A stretch of 62,871 nt of DNA, counting the filler, from Pirum gemmata (Eukaryota): the NCBI GenBank assembly GCA_002812295.1. It is 18 parts of 18 records of this genome, joined end to end, with 100 filler letters (N's around TTAATTAATTAA, not from the genome) between each part and the next. Parts side by side here need not be neighbours in the genome. Positions count along the whole stretch, not along the records: positions 59,822 to 62,871 come from PDIN01003701.1; 17 more parts are not named here. One strand, 5' to 3'. Positions within the stretch are counted from its first letter, which is position 1, and each line of letters starts with the position of its first letter. Positions 62,058 through 62,871 of this stretch are shown one piece after another. The notes under the pieces were generated by a model, which was not told the DNA's origin, made no database searches, and saw nothing but the letters and a program-made list of their open reading frames with translations. Position numbers and translations under genes: made by a program.

Positions 62058-62484
62058 GATTATAAAATATTACGAATATTGAATATGAGTTTTTTGATTT
62101 TTGCTTTGATATATTTTTTTTTATCTTTTCTTTTTTGTTTGTTTGTCTATTCTAATAAAATCTATATATCTAAAAACCCACATCTCAATCCATATCATAC
62201 ATATTATTACAATGACTTCTCAATGGATATGGATTATTTACAACACAATACAATCTATATTATACGGATCAATCTGTTAGCTATTCGGCATATATATATA
62301 TAGACACTTAATGCGATAATGTTATATAGACGTTAATATGATTATTTACATTCCTAAATAGACTTTATATATTAATATATTATTCATTACTACTGTTGTT
62401 ACTATTTATCAAATTGTACTTAATTATTATTATTTTGGTTTGGTATTACAATTTACGAATTTTGTATATAATATATATGTTTAG

Positions 62485-62723
62485 TGTGTGTCTTTTTATA
62501 TCTGGTTGTGAAATGGCCGAAAGGCTAACTTTTAATACAGTTACACGTATGCAACGAGTGCAATTACAAGATGTTTATTTTTACCCTCCAGCACAATCGT
62601 CCAGCTTAAATACTGCCTTTGTAATAATTAGTCATTTGTTTTCTCTCGTTGGCGGCGTGTTAGGTGATTCACTTCTAGGTCGATACAAAACCATAATATT
62701 GTCCTTGGTATCTTTCATTACAG
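62485..62723 (+). CDS. Exon of a PTR2/POT (SLC15) proton-dependent oligopeptide transporter
   Basis: CEMAERLTF (ExxER motif) and GGVLGDSLLGRYKTI (PTR2_1-like signature), with a TTTAG| acceptor and AG|GTTGG donor. Confidence 0.85.
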
Positions 62724-62825
62724 GTTGGTCTTACGAATTTGTTTCTGGGTTGTGATGATATATTTTTCTGCTTTTGATATAATTTCATAAATAGTTGCTA
62801 AAATAATTAATACTGCTATTGTAGC

Positions 62826-62859
<34 letters not shown>

Positions 62860-62871
62860 TATTATTAAGAT

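Noticed and set aside
1..62871. Operon-like or clustered system linking the genes; giant-virus or prokaryotic origin; rRNA/tRNA genes
   Set aside because: The genes lie on unrelated scaffolds. Spliceosomal introns and TTAGGG repeats indicate nuclear eukaryotic DNA, and I recognised no viral hallmark genes, rRNAs or tRNA cloverleaves by eye.

Overview
This window is not one locus. It is a concatenation of 18 short (~3-5 kb) draft-assembly scaffolds joined by an artificial 100-nt linker (44 N + TTAATTAATTAA + 44 N), so gene neighbourhood across linkers means nothing. The DNA is eukaryotic nuclear: very AT-rich, with GT-AG introns full of microsatellites, TTAGGG arrays and the standard genetic code. 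Its style suggests a fragmented protist genome, possibly a unicellular holozoan such as an ichthyosporean; this is unconfirmed inference. Recognisable genes or fragments: two large toxin-like proteins with RRR processing sites, which have phase-compatible splice ends and may be halves of one secreted-protein gene; a secreted CVNH-type lectin; an intronless 7TM-RGS protein; two ankyrin proteins (one PME-5/tankyrase-PARP-like with Tudor-like modules, one F-box-ANK with frameshifts); a spliced RNI-like LRR gene; AAAP and PTR/POT transporter fragments; a CocE/NonD hydrolase exon; and a claudin-like pseudogene. The non-coding DNA is rich in mobile elements: an internally deleted hAT element, a decayed L1/Tx1-type LINE, at least six MITE families (three PIF/Harbinger-like), and a 70-bp perfect palindrome with TGT...ACA ends and a 4-bp target-site duplication (Ginger-like) nested in another MITE.
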